Notes: generated by a model from the letters alone, not told the origin. Counted from the stretch's first letter, positions 24,618 through 39,117 are shown. The stretch: 64,000 nt of DNA from Lama guanicoe (GCA_013239625.1 MU053810.1:3504071-3568070), one strand, 5' to 3'. Numbers and translations are program-made.

Positions 24618-27149
24618 CTAGGTTCCTTTCTTGGTGGATGAAACAAATCATTGAGATGTAGAGAACAATGAAAGATCAAATTTGGAGAGAATTATCCTAA
24701 GTTTGGATTTAGACATGTTGATTTTGAAATGCCTTTGAGAATCCTGAAAAGATATCCAAGCAGGCAGTTGGGTAGATGAGAGGTCTGCCTGGAAACATAC
24801 TATTGAGCCATCTGTGTATATGGTGCCCAAAGGCTTAAAAGACATTATCTTTGAGAATCTCACTAGGATTTAGTTCAAACTGGTTCAAAGTTCCTGATGC
24901 CTTCAGAGATGTTCGCTGAGTTCTTGGGACTTTTGTTCCCAGAATTTATTTCTGAATGTGAGATTCACACATCATCTCTTCCTACCAATGGTGGGTTACT
25001 ATCTTCTTTGTGTATTATTTAATCCCAAATAAATAATAAAAATGGTGCTGTTTTTAAAACCACTGGACTGGATGCCATTCATCTAGCTGGAACTTGGGGG
25101 GCGCACCAAAACAATCGCTTTTGTACATTTCCTTACAATGACACACTAAAAAACTCAGGAGTTATGTCCTGTTCAGCTTATATCTCCAACCCACTGTGTA
25201 ACAGCTCCTAACAGTTGCCCTTCCCTTGAATATATTCCCTCATCATATCTTTCTTGTCTATTTCTGGTCTCATTTGCCTCTTTGCCTTAGTAGTGTATTC
25301 CCCCGAATACATTTTTCAGACGGCTGCCAGAGTGCTTTTTCTAAAATGCCTATCTGACCGTATCACTGTCCTAAAGTACTCTCAGGACAAAGTGCCAACT
25401 CCTGGGACAGCTTTCAAAAGCTTTCTGCCTGCAGCCATGGGCTTTCCCCAGCTTGTCTTGCCGCTGACTTCCCACCTCTGCCCAAATCTTGTAGAACTGC
25501 CTCCATTCCCCTGCCTATCCTGATTCTCTAAAATAGGTTTTTAGGAAGAAAAGCATATAGAGTAGCTTGCACCTGCTTTAGTGAGTGGCCAAATCAAAGC
25601 AGTAAATAATAGCTCTGAGCAGGCACAAAAGCACTGCTAGAAAGATTATGTCAATAAACCACCAGGGTTGCTTAAATTGATATCATGGTGGCAGAAATTG
25701 AGCTTTCAGTAGCTGCCTTCAGATCGAAGTTCCAGAAGCACATTTGCTTCATGCTTATAAACTTGTTACACCTATTTGGTTATTGCTGCATTTCATGGCT
25801 CACTCCGTTTAAATAGTGAACTAAAATTTCTTTCATGTCACTTATAATCGCTCTCTAAAAAATTTAAATTCCATCCTCCAATACTCAGTTCCTAGTTATG
25901 ACTAATAGTTTTATTCCATTCTTAGGAAGTAGAGAAATGTTTTCTACAAATAGCCACTATATATTTATTTTTCTTGGAATTTGTTTTTCCTCTGAAAGGA
26001 AGGATTTATTTTACTTTTAAACCCTTCAGGATCATTTTGGCATTACTCACCAGTTCTGTTCTAGATGACTTTAAAATATTCGTCATTTCTCTCAGATGGT
26101 AAGCAACAAAATCCTGCCTTAGATTTAGAAAACAAAGAGAAATAGCTTTAGTTTCATTATGAAGTTCTTGAGAATTTCTGTAATGTTAGCACATCATAAA
26201 AATTGGGAAGCAAAGGATAAATCCAAATCTGGAAGGCAACGATCAGTCAAGCCCCGGATTCACTGCACACCTGTGTGAAAATCTCTATGACACAATTCCC
26301 AGTGTTTTAATAATCTCCAGAAGCTTCTCAGACACAGTTCATAAAACACAACGGTATAGTGTCCAATAGGTTTTTTTCTGAAGTATGTGGCATTTTTATA
26401 CCTGTATTCCGTATATCATTATCTTTAAAAGTTGGTAATTTCTTTGCAGATGGGCAAATACTGTTGTAAATAGTATTAAGATTATTGAAAGTCTTTTAAG
26501 TTTTTAAATATTTTCACGAATGCTGGTGATCATTAGTTCCATTGACGATGCTCATTTAAAATTCTTGGCTCTTCTTCCTTGCACTTAATTCTTAAAATGT
26601 CCCCTCCTGTTGGCATTGACTTCATTTGGCCAGTCATCTGTTGTAATTCAAATCAAGTCTGATTTGCTGTCAATGAGGTAGAGCCTTGTAGGGCAGCCAC
26701 ACGGCGATGCATTTAAAGGCTGAGTTTTATTGATGTGGCCTGGGATGCCTGCTCAATGTGGGTTACGCATCCACAGCTGTTCCTACCTCCTGTCACTCAC
26801 CTCTCATGGCATTTCTTTGACTAAGCTCAGGAACACTGAGTTCATTGACAATGCCCTGTGACATTTCTGTCTTTATTCTTCCAAATATTTTATTTCAACA
26901 ATTCCTACCTTTCAATAAGTATATATTTTTACTTTCTTGAGTATTTCTAAGTCTCCAACCTATCACTTTTATTCTCAGTAAAACACTGTTTTAAAATAGA
27001 AAAAAAATTTCAGCTCTGAGTTTCAGGGACTCTGATTTCCAAATTAATCAGTCAGCTTTCATCACCACCTTCAAGCCAATGCAGTTGTGTCAAATAAAAT
27101 TCACTGCTTTCATGGTCTTTGAATGCTTCTGCATTTTAAAGCCAGAATT

Positions 27150-27400
27150 GGTAAACAGTGTAATGGTTAAGTGCATGGATGCTGGACCTGGCAACCTCAG
27201 TTTGAACCCCAGCTCTTTTCCTGGCTTTGTGCCATTGAACTGGTCAATTAACCTTGCTACACTTCCATTTTCTCATCTGTAAATTGGGAGTAATACTAGT
27301 ACATGCATCTTAGTATTCATCTTTAGCTTTCATCTTAAGGATGAGAAAAGCACTTAAAACAATTCTTGGCACGTGGTAAACACTATATAAGTGCTGGCTT
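27150..27400 (+). mobile_element. MIR SINE
   Basis: gtgtaatggttaag...ttttctcatctgtaaattgggagtaata...aagcacttaaaacaattcttggcacgtggtaa. Confidence 0.75.
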
Positions 27401-29732
27401 CATGTATAATGTTGCATTTCAAACATAGAAATCTAAATACCAGAGCTTTTAAATACATTTTGAGTTGCAAAAACCCTTTTGTACTTTGTAGGTAACTTCT
27501 GTTTGTTATTATCCATCACTTAATTTTAGTGAATTTCAAACCATGGATAAGATCCTGGCTTTCAACTGCATAAAGTTTTAATGTATATTAATCGTAGATG
27601 TACAATGATTAGTTATTGAAGAAAATGAAATGCTAGATTATTCTAGGCTCCTACTATTTGGAATTCCACTTGATGGACAGAGGGGTGGGAGGGAGAAGAA
27701 ATGTTTAGAATTTCTTTTGGTGGAAAATGGGTAGAGTAATTTCTTTAAAAATAGTTTTCCAAAATTAGAGTGACCAATAAAGGAACCATAAGAACCACTG
27801 CATTCAGGTAAGAAATCTGTGAATCAATTAGCACCAGTCCTGCATGTCCCAAGAGGAATCCACAGTGTGTGTCTCTGGGTTGGCAGAACACCAGCTGGAC
27901 AGAGCTGATGCAACTCCAGTGTCACCAGCAGTTGAGTTACAACAAAGGGGCCAGCTTTTTCCTTGCTTTGTTTTCTATCTTGATGAAAAAGAGCAATGTA
28001 ACTTATTAGAGAAAACTGAAAAACTTGCCTCTCTTTCACATATAATTGGTCTCCCATATACTTTTGGAAGATCTTTTTTCCTCTGTCACTTTTTTTTTTT
28101 TTCTCAGTTGGGAAGTTGGAGTGACTCGTGCCTCACTCCCTGAAGCTCTCAATCCTGTTTGTGTGTGATCCTTGGAGTGTATGTGTGTGCGTGTGTGTGT
28201 GTATGTGTGTTTACATCTATTCTTTAAAAGGAAGGAAATGGAAGCAGAGTTTACAACAAAAAGTTAGATCTCTTAGAAGGTAATGAAACATTTAAAGTGC
28301 TGTAGTCTCATTAGATATTTATTCAACAAGCTTTCAAAATTTTTTGGATTGCCTACAATGTGAGAAGTGCCGGGTGGTGGGAAAACCATGATAAGAAACA
28401 AAATCTCTTCCTTTCAGGAGGGTCATCCTGGGGGAGACACTGGCATCAGGAACCTGCTGAAACAAAGACCTAGGTACCGTCTAGGGTGGTGCACAGGACA
28501 CAATGAGAAGACAGAGGAGGGAGCAATTACATACTTATTTCTAATTAGAAAAAAAGATTTTCTCTTTCAGCATGACATCATAAGACTCTAAACATGCTGT
28601 TAAAATGCTTCTTAAAGTAATCATTATTTTGGTAATAGGAGCATTCTAGCAAAGCCAAGAAAAATTCCCAAGGAGAAATATTGAGACATAATTTGCTGTA
28701 TTCCTCTATGCAATTTTATGATGAAGCTGAAATAATGTAACCAGTGGTACAGTACTAGCCAGAAAGATAAATTAAGTAAAGTAAGACTGCATGAAAGTTC
28801 AAGGGAAATTAAGAGCCTTCTTATTGATCAGGAAAGGGTGATGTTTTTAAAAAAATGTGTTCCAGCAATTGGCTAGCTATTTACAAAAAAAAATTGATTC
28901 TCAGCCTTACACTAGATGCCAAATTGATTCCAAGTGGATTAAGAAGTGAAATTAAAAAACAAACAAAAAAATAAATATTAAAAAAGAAAATTTTATCAGA
29001 TGTGGAGGGCTTTTCAAGCATAACAGTGAAGATAAGAGCATAGATTTGGGTAATAAAACTAAGAATCTACACCAAGAACTTACATCAAAATACACCACAA
29101 ACAAAATTTTAAAGGATAAAAAAAAAGCAGGGAAAAAAAATCTGTAACTTGTATTTTGTAAAAGGGCCTTTACAAATTCACACGAAAAATAAATATACCA
29201 AAGAATTAAAAAAAACACAATATACACATTGAAACATAAATGGAAATATAAATATTTATAAAGACTGAAAAGATATGTCAGCAAAATGCTGACAATGATC
29301 AATCATGTAGTGAGATTATAAAAATTTTAATCTGTTCGCTTATGTTTTCTAAGTAGTCTTCAATGAATAGGTTATAAAAATATGTAATAATAGTTTTAAA
29401 AAGAAGAAATAGAAGGAAATAGACACTCTAATAAAATAATAATGAAAGCATCAAATTGGCATATCACCGCAGAGGGGAATTTAGCAACATTTACCAGAAA
29501 TTGTAATGTTTCACACACTCTTTGAATCAGTAATTGTTTTTCCAACAATTTATTCTAAGGAAATAATCAGGAATATGTAAGAAAAATGAAGCTATAAGAA
29601 TGTTCATGACATTGCTGCTCAAAACAGAAAGAAATGAAAATAAACAAAAGATTTCACAGTATAGGCTAGACTGGATCAGTGTGAGCTGTGTCCTCAATGA
29701 ACTGTTAGAAAGCCATTAAAATGAGATTGCAT

Positions 29733-30240
29733 GCCCATTGACAGATGGATGGATAAAGAACATGTGGTATATATATATACACATATACACAAACAATGGA
29801 ATACAACTCAGCCATAAAAAGAATGACATAATGCCACTTGCAGCAACACGGATGGACCTAGAGATGATCATCCTAAGTGAAGTAAGTCAGACAGAGAAAG
29901 ACAAATATCATATGATATCACTTATACATGGAATCTAAAAAAAAAGATACAAATTTTATTTAGACTCTTGAACATAGAAAACAAACTATTGTTACCAAAG
30001 GGGAAAGGGTGGGGAGGGATAAATTAAGAGTTTGGGATTAATGATACACACTACTATATATAAAACAGATAAATAACAAAGATCTACTGTGTAGCCCAGG
30101 GAACCATATTCAATTTCTTGTATTAACATGTAATACAGAAAAAAAATGTATGTATATGTATAACTGAATTGCTTTGCTGTATACTTGAAACTAACATTGT
30201 AAATTAACTATACTTCAATAAAAAATAAATTTAAAAATAT
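29733..30240 (+). mobile_element. 5'-truncated L1 (ORF2 end plus 3' UTR)
   Basis: Peptide DGWIKNMWYI...MDLEMIILSEVSQTEKDKYHMISL; aataaa and A-rich tail at ~30217-30237. Confidence 0.9.
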
Positions 30241-30949
30241 ATTGCAATGGCACGGAAATATTTGGGTTGGACTATTCAACAAAAAAGTCATATTATGAGA
30301 TAAATTCCAGACAACATTTTCATAAACTCTATAGCTGATACCTCTATTTCTATCACTTTATATATTTATATAAATTAAAAACACATGAAATCTGTAATCT
30401 AAAATATTAATAATGGTTACCTCAGAGTAGTGAGATTCTAAGCGATTTTAAGAATTTTTACTTATTTGTATTTTCTAAATTTCTTCCGAAAACACATGAG
30501 TGTGTATGTGTGTGTGGGTGTGTGTATGTATGTATGCACGTACATAAGTGTTTTGAAATAAAGCGAAAAAGTATTTTTAAAAAGGTAATCATTTTAACTA
30601 GCAGTCATAGTCAATGAGTTCATCATTGGATTTGTATTATTTTTAAAGTTCAAATATGAAAAGCAGCTCTGTCACATGACATGGTAAGTAAGGAGAGCCT
30701 TCCGATACAGCAGCCCTAATCCATAGTCCATATTCCCTTAAAATGAGGTCAGTGAGGTATTTCTTTACATAAATTATCTTTGGTGAGCCTTGAGAAAGAT
30801 CTGGCATATATTAAATTCTGTGATTAGTGAGTAATTTTATAGTAAATTTTGACTACTATTGCTGAATGAATAATTTTTGTTACAAATATAATTATATTTG
30901 TTTAGAACTGTACAGTGTACACAGCTCTTTTATGTACATTATTTTTATT

Positions 30950-31042
30950 TTATTAAAAAAAATTTAATGGAGGTACTGGGAATTGAACCCAGAACTTTGT
31001 GCCTGCTAAGCATGCACACTACCACTGAGCTATACCCTCCCC
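30950..31042 (-). mobile_element. tRNA-derived SINE (Vic-1-like)
   Basis: Reverse complement GGGGAGGGTATAGCTCAGTGGTAGTGTGCATGCTTAGCAGG...GGGTTCAATTCCCAGTACCTCC. Confidence 0.88.
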
Positions 31043-33104
31043 ACCATTTTGCTAACATTCAAAAAGATACTCATGAGGTGCAAGTTCAAACCTAGTATAT
31101 CACCTTGCCCCACTCCTGCTCAGAATGCTGCTTGTTTGAAGAGCCTATAAAGGGCACCTCAGTTATTCCATTATATGACACCTCAGCCAGAAGAACAGAC
31201 CTGTGCACAAAAGCCATGAAATCCTCACAGATTATAAAGAGTAGATTAGGGTAGATTAGAGCTTTTAAATCACTGTATCATGGCCCTTCTAAAAACCACA
31301 GCCACTATATTGCTAGATGCTAGGTGTATCACACATATTAATATAACAACAGCCTGTGAGATAGCCTCTCTTGTCCCCATTATACAGATGGAAAAACGGA
31401 GGCTCAGAAAAGAACTCTTGATCACACAGCTCATGAATGGCAAAAGTGGGATGTGAATTCAGCTACCTCTGACTTCAGAGTCTTTCTCCTCCCCAAGTCT
31501 GCCTCCTTTGATCCTCTTTTGTTTGGATTGTGCAGAGAAAATGCATGTCTTCCTGATGTTGACAGTGTGAATTTCAGAGCACATGGTTCTGTTGGAGAGG
31601 AGATGGTATGTTCATTAAATGGTGATCTAACCCAAAGCCAAAGGGAAGGTTACACCACTAGAAAAAAAACAACTTTTCATAGACCAAGGGATGCCTTGGG
31701 ATCTTTTCTATTTTCCTTTTTCCTTCTGTACATTTTTGCTTTACTACTAATAATTTCCTAAATCTTCTTCATGTCACTGCTATGATTAAGGATGAAGTCT
31801 TATCAAAAAAAAAAAAAGACAAGGAAAAATTATATTGTCTTCTCTAAAGTTTTTTACATAGACTCTATCATCTAAAAAGTTTTCCTGTCTAGTAACTTGA
31901 CCTCTTGCTGATCCAGTAGAGAAGGACCCTTTAATAGTTCAGATTAGGATGATTCCAAATATTTGGAAACGTAGTGTGTGTGTCTGGTACTCTGCTTATT
32001 GCTCCTATGGCCTATAGTAGACACAAAATTCGTTAGACCACAGATTGAATCAGCTCTCCAGTCAGGTTGTGAGAAATAGCAATTGCCTATTTTATTTCTG
32101 TTGACAGTTATTTACAGAATAGTTTAAAAGTTTTGGTGTTAATTGAACTGTATGGTAAGGATAAAAGCTGTAACTTTCAGGTTCAGCCCAGTGTTAAGCA
32201 TATTCGCTGTTTTTGATCTCCTGTGTCTAATAGCTTTAAAATGTTGGCATGCTAATGCAAAGGATTAAAAATAAAAAATGATGTTATCAACTAATATGAG
32301 TAGGGTAAGTTGGATGATACAGATTTAGAATAAAATCCAGCTATATATGAACGTATGTCTGCATAAGTATACACACTCAAATGCATATATATGTATACAG
32401 ATACTTATGCAATATATGTATTCATTTCCACATATATGTGGGGGTGTATATATACACATATATTTTTCAGTATTAGGGAATTTTTAGAAAATTGCAGATC
32501 CTGTTTTCATTACTTTCAAATCACTTTTTAAAAAGCTTAAAGGGACATAAAGCCATGGCAATATAGGTGGTTTCCTAAAGTGTGTGCTTGGTGATTCTTA
32601 ACTAATCAAGTATTAGGGATCTCTTTTAACTTGTGTCTTTTTCTCCTCCACCTTTTTTTTTTTTTTCAAAAGATCAGAAACCGTATAAAAACAAAATGAT
32701 TCAAAGAGGTTGCTTTGCATTTCTTGATTTGCTTTTTAAACAGTAACATGATGTTTGAGAAAGGAGTTACTAGACACAATTTTAGGAGTGGAATTTTAGA
32801 ATGCTCAGAAACAGTCCCCAACTTCTAAATAACAGACAGTTGCAAATGTTTATTCTTTATGTCCATGCTGGTGCCTCACCTATTTCCATAAAAGCTGTCA
32901 TGCAGCAGGGAGGGGGTCAGCAAGGAGCATTTAGAGCTTCTCCAGTTTTGGAAAAGGAAGAGGAAAAGGGACTGTATAAAACAGGTATAAGAATTGGCTT
33001 CAGCATATTTGGCACATTCACATGCTCAGATATCTCAAACTAAAGGCTTAAAAAAAAAATCTCATTTTAATTTCCCCAACATCCTACCTGTTGAAAAGTG
33101 GGCT

Positions 33105-33114
33105 CTCTCCCTCT

Positions 33115-33147
<33 letters not shown>
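33105..33147. repeat. (CT)n microsatellite
   Basis: Direct dinucleotide run, imperfect at the 5' end. Confidence 0.9.
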
Positions 33148-33149
<2 letters not shown>

Positions 33150-34723
33150 GGATATTGTTTAAAAAATGCAAATGCCTTTGAGTGTTAAAAGTTTCTTAGT
33201 CATTCATATCTTAGTGTAAACTGGCTCAATAAGGTTGCTTTTCTTAAAGTATCTAAAAAATAAAGGATACCAAGTTTGCTGGGAGTATGGAAGAATTCTG
33301 AGGCGTGAAGCAGTTCAGAGGTCTGGTCAGCCTCGCAGCAGAGAGTAGCACGGTGCCAGGAATAAACTGCCTACTTTGAGAATTTGTCTACATCTGGCCA
33401 CGTCGCAAGGCTTTGAAGGGAAAAAAATTACCCATCCAAACATCCAACTCTTTTCCCCCAGTCAGACCAACTTCTAGTGGTCCCCTTCCTCCGGGCAGGG
33501 AGGGGCAAAGAATAATCCTCATCTTAATTGGTCCAGCAGTTTCCTATTTCCTGTTTTTGTTGCACCACTGGAAAATTTTCCATATGTATCTGCACTGCAT
33601 TACAGACTCTTAGAACACTAGAAAAACGGGAAGAGTTTAGTTCCCTTTGCGTGTAAGAGCAATTCTTGACTTTTCACAGTAAGTTGGTGGTGGAGCCAAA
33701 GCTAGAAACCACTCGCTAGTGGTCTATTAAATAATAGATGCTTTGCATAAAGATATGGAAAGCTAAGTAAATAACAGTGACTAAAAAGAAACTAACTTGC
33801 CAGTTTCACTTTCCTAAAGTGGTGTGTTTGTAAACCAATTTTTTTGCAGTTTCTCTAACCTAAGAATGTGTACAATGCCTGTAGAGGTGACTAATATCCT
33901 CCACTTTATTGACTCCCATACACACACACACACACACATTTTTTTAAGTTCTCGGGGTGGCTGTCTTGTTGTCTCAGTCTGCTGCCTTACTCTTCTCCTG
34001 TGCTATTTTTTTTGCTGCTTCTCACTTTTCGGGGACAAGAGGAGGTGGTGGGTGGCGAAGTTCCTATCCCTCTCACAACTTTCTTCTTTAGGAGGCCAAC
34101 TAGTGCATTCAGCGCTGGGGAGGGCAGGGGTGGGTAGGCTGTCAGGCTTCAGATACTTGGTCCGGGCCTGCCCTGTCATGTACCAATTTACATGAAATAA
34201 ATAGGATGTCTCTTCATCTAACAGGTGAAAATGAAGTTAGCAACTGAATTTGCATTCACTCTCCAGTATATTCCTCCAGAACTTTGAAGGGTGTGATCTT
34301 TTTACTGTTTTGACATGCCAGCAACAGTCTTCCAACATGACCCCCTTCTAATGAAGTTTCCTTAAGATGAATGGACTTATGGTCCAATCCCCAAGTAACA
34401 CTGGACATTGATGGGTCCAAAATTATGCAAATCACCAATGGTCCATTCAAAAGTTATACAATTACCAATAGTCAACTTTCAGGTGATTTGTTTTGCAGAG
34501 GACATCAAAGTCTCTGAAAAGTCCTTAATTTATATGCATAAACATTGTCACATTTAAATGCATTTTGTACTCTGAATAATATAGAGTAGGGTTTATTAAC
34601 CCAAATAAATTTGAGTGGTGGTCCTTAAACACTCTGAAAGGTGGTGTGAATGTGCAATTTCATAGCTGTCATTAGAATCTCAAAGGGTCCTATGATCCAA
34701 ACAAAGACAAAGAGCCAAGAATT

Positions 34724-36428
34724 GATGGTGTTGGGAAAACTGGAAAGCAGCATGTAAATCAATGAAGTTAGAGCACTCCCTCACTCTCTACACAAAAATA
34801 AACTCAAAATGGTTTAAAGACTTAAATATAAGACAAAACATGACAAAAATCCTAGAAGAAAACAGAGGTAAAACATTCTCCGATATAAATCTTGGCAATT
34901 TTCTCCTAGGGCAGTCTACCCAGGCAGTAGAAATAAGACCGAAAATAAACAAATGGGACCTAATTAAACTTACATGCTTTCACACAGCAAAGAAAACCAT
35001 AAGCAAAACAAACCGACAGCCTACAGAATGGGAGAATGGGAGAAAATATTTGCAAATGATGCAACTGACAAAGGCTTAATCTCCAGAATATAAACAGCTC
35101 ATACAACTTAATGACAACAACAACAAAAATAACCCAATCCAAAAATGGGCAGAAGACCTAAACAAGAAATTCTCCAATGAGGACGTACATATGGCCAATA
35201 GACACATGAAAAAATGCTTAATATCACTAATTATCAGAGGGATGCAAATCAAAACTATAATGAGGTATCACCTCACACCATTCAGAATGGCCATCATTCA
35301 ATAGCCCATGAATGATAAATGCTGGAAAGGGTATAGAGAAAAGGGAACCCTCCTACGCTGCTCAGAGGAATGTAGTTTGGTGCAACCATTATGGAAAACA
35401 GTATGGAGAGTTCTCAAAAAACTAAAAATAGACTTACTATATGATCCAGCAATCCCACTTCTGGGTATATATCCAGAGGGAACTCTTATTGAAAAGATAC
35501 ACATACCCCAATATTCATAGCAGCACTATATACAATAGCCAAGACATGAAATCAACCTAAATGTCCATTTATTGACAGATGACTGGATAAAGAAGTTATG
35601 GTATATTTATACAATGGAATACTACTCAGCCATAAAAAAGAATAAAATAATGTTATTTGCAGCAACATGGTGGACCTGGAGCTCATCATTCTAAGTGAAG
35701 TAAGCCAGAAAGAGAAAGAAAAATACCATATATCACTTACATGTGGAATCTAATAAAAAAAAAGTAAAGAGACATAATGAACTTATTTACAAAACAGACT
35801 CACAGACATAGTAGACAATCTTATGAGGGGTTGAACCAATATGGCAGCCTAGAGAGACTCAAAGCCTACCCTTTTCCACAAACACATCAAGAATTACATC
35901 TACAAACCCACTGAATCACACAGAACACCTACTGAATTCTAGGGCAGAGGTCTCTTACTTCAAAATACAAGAGGAGTCTCACAAAATCCAATAAACAACA
36001 AGTTTATACTGTATAGCACAGGGAACTATATTCAATGTTTTGTAGTAACTAATGGTGAAAAAGAATATGAAAGTGAATATATGTATGTTCCTGTATGACG
36101 ATGCATTGTGATGTATACCAAAAATTGACACAACATTTTAAACTGACTTATATTGCAATTAAAAAAAAAAATCTTAATGGTTACCAGGGAAAGAGGGTGG
36201 GAAGGGATAAATCTGGGAGCTTGAGATTTACAAATGTTAGCCAGTATATATAAAAACATATTTAAAAAAAAAGTTTTTTCTGAATAGCACAAGGAACTAT
36301 GTTCAATCTTATAATAATCTTTAATAAAAAATATGAAAACAAATATATATATGTATATGCATGACTGGGACTTCGTGCTGTACACCAGAAATTGATACAT
36401 TGTAACTGATGGTACTTCAAAAAAAAGT
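34724..36428 (+). mobile_element. 5'-truncated L1 (ORF2 C-terminal part plus 3' UTR) hosting a nested element
   Basis: Peptides LTLYTKINSKWFKDLNIR..INKWDLIKL and [36 protein letters not shown] agagccaagaatt (34711-34723) / agaaccaagaatt (36429-36441). Confidence 0.93.
35826..36169 (+). mobile_element. Nested 344-bp bipartite L1-derived element (L1 5' UTR start joined to L1 3' UTR end, poly-A, TSD)
   Basis: 35826-35990 resembles an L1 5' terminus (..ccaatatggcag..cacaaacacatcaagaattacatctaca..cacagaacacctactgaa); 35991-36160 is L1 3' UTR. TSD aatcttatg / aatcttaatg. Confidence 0.8.
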
Positions 36429-38738
36429 AGAACCAAGAATTCAGATAATAAATGGGTCATTTAAACTATTTACTGATTTTTGTCTCTGCCCCATTTGGAT
36501 GCATTGCCTCACTGATTTTCTTTAACTGATGGCTTAAAAGACTTCAGCTCCCAGGATTTCCCTACATCAGGTTCTATCATATGCTGTTGATTGATTTGGG
36601 ATCATAATTGAGTAAAATAACAGGCCATAGAGAGAAGTGGACTTTGATGTTCTAGCAAGATGATTTCTATTGGGGGAGAATCACAGGCTGTAGAATTCAC
36701 TGACAGGAGTTCCACTGTGGCACAAAGGTCACTTAAGAGTTACTTCATAATTTTCCTGAGTGTCAGCCTCTGATCTGTATGTTGGGAACGAGGCAGCTAT
36801 TTCACGGCATTGTCATGAGGAGCACGTAAGATAAACATGGAAAGAGCCTAATGACCACAGTTCAGGACACCCAACATATAGGCCCTTTCCTCTCTTCTTT
36901 GAAACAGACTATTGGACTTGGTTTGGTTTCATGAAGTTATGCAAGGATCATACCCTCTGTTGATATTTGTTGTGTTCACTTCTGCGCTGACCTATTTTCA
37001 GGTCCAGAAATGCTACCTTCCACTTCCCCATTTGTTGGTCTCCTACCTCGTATTCCTGTCACCTCCTCCCTTTCTTCCAGTCCTGCCCCCTTTCCCAGCA
37101 TCCACCGAAAGAGTCAATTCACAGTGATCTCAATGCTTCTGAGGACCTCAGAGAAAAAAAGGTCTCAAAGGGAGGAATAAATACAATATGTTTAAAGCTG
37201 ACAATAAATTACTCAACTTCATCTCAAATTTTGCTCTGGGAAAAGTTTGACATGAAACGTTTGAAGAAACATGAAACAGATCCTAAAGGCAGACGATTTT
37301 TCAGAGTGAAAGGCAATTTTTTTTTTTCCAAGCTTCAAAGCAAAGGTTCCTTTTGTCATCTGCTTGATAGGTTATTTTTGACAGGATTTAACTTATGAAA
37401 TTGTTCCAATGCCCTTTAAAAGGGTCTGGGTACATGAGTGTGCCAGTGAAGATGATGAATGTTAGGTCTTAATTGAAAATCTAAAAAATATCCATGTGGC
37501 AAAAAGCGCAGGAAACACATTTGCTCTTTTGAGAAATTTCCAAAAATGAGTACCTTTTGTAGCACCGAATTTACACTCAAAATCAATAATAGGGTGATCT
37601 GAGAAATAAGCTAGGGAAAAATATACCTTCTGGATCAGTTTTCGTCTTAACATGTTCCTTGCAATTTTGATTCATCAAACCCTCCGAAGATGTCTTCTTG
37701 AATTTAGGCATTATTCTTTCTTATTTCATTAAGGACCTTAGTATATTACACCAATAAAGAGTAAATATACCTACGAAAATTACTAATAATGACTTACAAT
37801 AATAGAGAAACCAATTTTTTTTGCTACAGAAAAAAGTTGCTAGATTTTCAACATCATTTATAATTTCAAAAGTGTTCCATAAAATTACATTAAATTAAGA
37901 AGAAATTTAAGCAACTTTATGTATCTAAGCTGAAGGATTTTTCCAGTACCATGAAATAAGCTATACCTTAACTGCATAAACATTAACTAATGAAATATAA
38001 TTATTACAAAAATTTGAATAAAATAGAATTTTGGAAGGATTTAGAATTTCTAAAAAAATTTCATTTCTAAGCAACACTTTTACAACCACCATGTCAAGTG
38101 ATTGTCATTTCTTGTTCTGACTATATCTTAACTTCATACAAATTATGTTTCTGAAAAGTTGTCTTTATGTTTTGTTGTTGTAAGTGAAGTCATACAGTTG
38201 CACTAGAGAAGTGTGTTGTTTTTAAGACTCCATGGTATCTCATTTGGTAAAATGAGAATAGCTTCTACCTAAATATAAGTTTATGGCTCTGAATTTGTAC
38301 ACTGTGTGGGAGAGGGGGAGACAAGTTGGAGGGTAGAGAAGTAACATTGACTGATGACCCCTTTTGGGCCAGGTATCTCATTTAACCCCCGAAACAACCT
38401 GCAAACTGGATATTCTCACTACATTTTTATAGAAGAGGAAATCATTCAAGTCTACATAGTTAATGACAGAAAGAACATTCTGATTTTTGACAACAGGATT
38501 TGAATATTACATATGATTACATACATCTTTATTATGAAAAATTTCAAATAACTATAAATGTCCCTATCAACCTGATTAAACAATTATCAAGACTGATGTG
38601 TTGGCTTCATCTCTCCCTTTTTTTTTTTAACTTTTTTAATTTGCTGAAGTATTTTGAAGGGAACTCCCTGGGTGTCTCATTTTATATCTACATATGTCAG
38701 TATCTGTCTCTAAAAAATATGGACTTTAAATGCTATTA

Positions 38739-38788
38739 TCATGCCTTATAAAGTAACAATAATTCATGCCTTATAAAGTAACAATAAT
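38739..38788. repeat. Perfect 25-bp tandem duplication
   Basis: tcatgccttataaagtaacaataat repeated twice. Confidence 0.95.
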
Positions 38789-39117
38789 TCATTGGTATCA
38801 TATGAATCAGTCCATCATTAGTTTCCTTAATTGACTTAAAAACATCTTTTTTACTTGCTTATTCAAATCAAATTATGAGTATGATTTTTAACAAGATGTC
38901 CGCATAAGTTCTTGCAATTCCAGAAAACAGAGCAATGTTAGAGAGACAAGGTCTTCAGCCTACATAACTAGTGAAGATTCTGCAAAGCAGTCTGCAATGT
39001 TCTCAAGTTTTCTAGTCTATCAATTAAAATAAATCTTTGGCGAGATCCATAAGAAGTTATTTTTTCGGTTGTGTTTTGCTCTTCAAAAAGAAGGAAAATT
39101 TACCATCTACTAACGCC

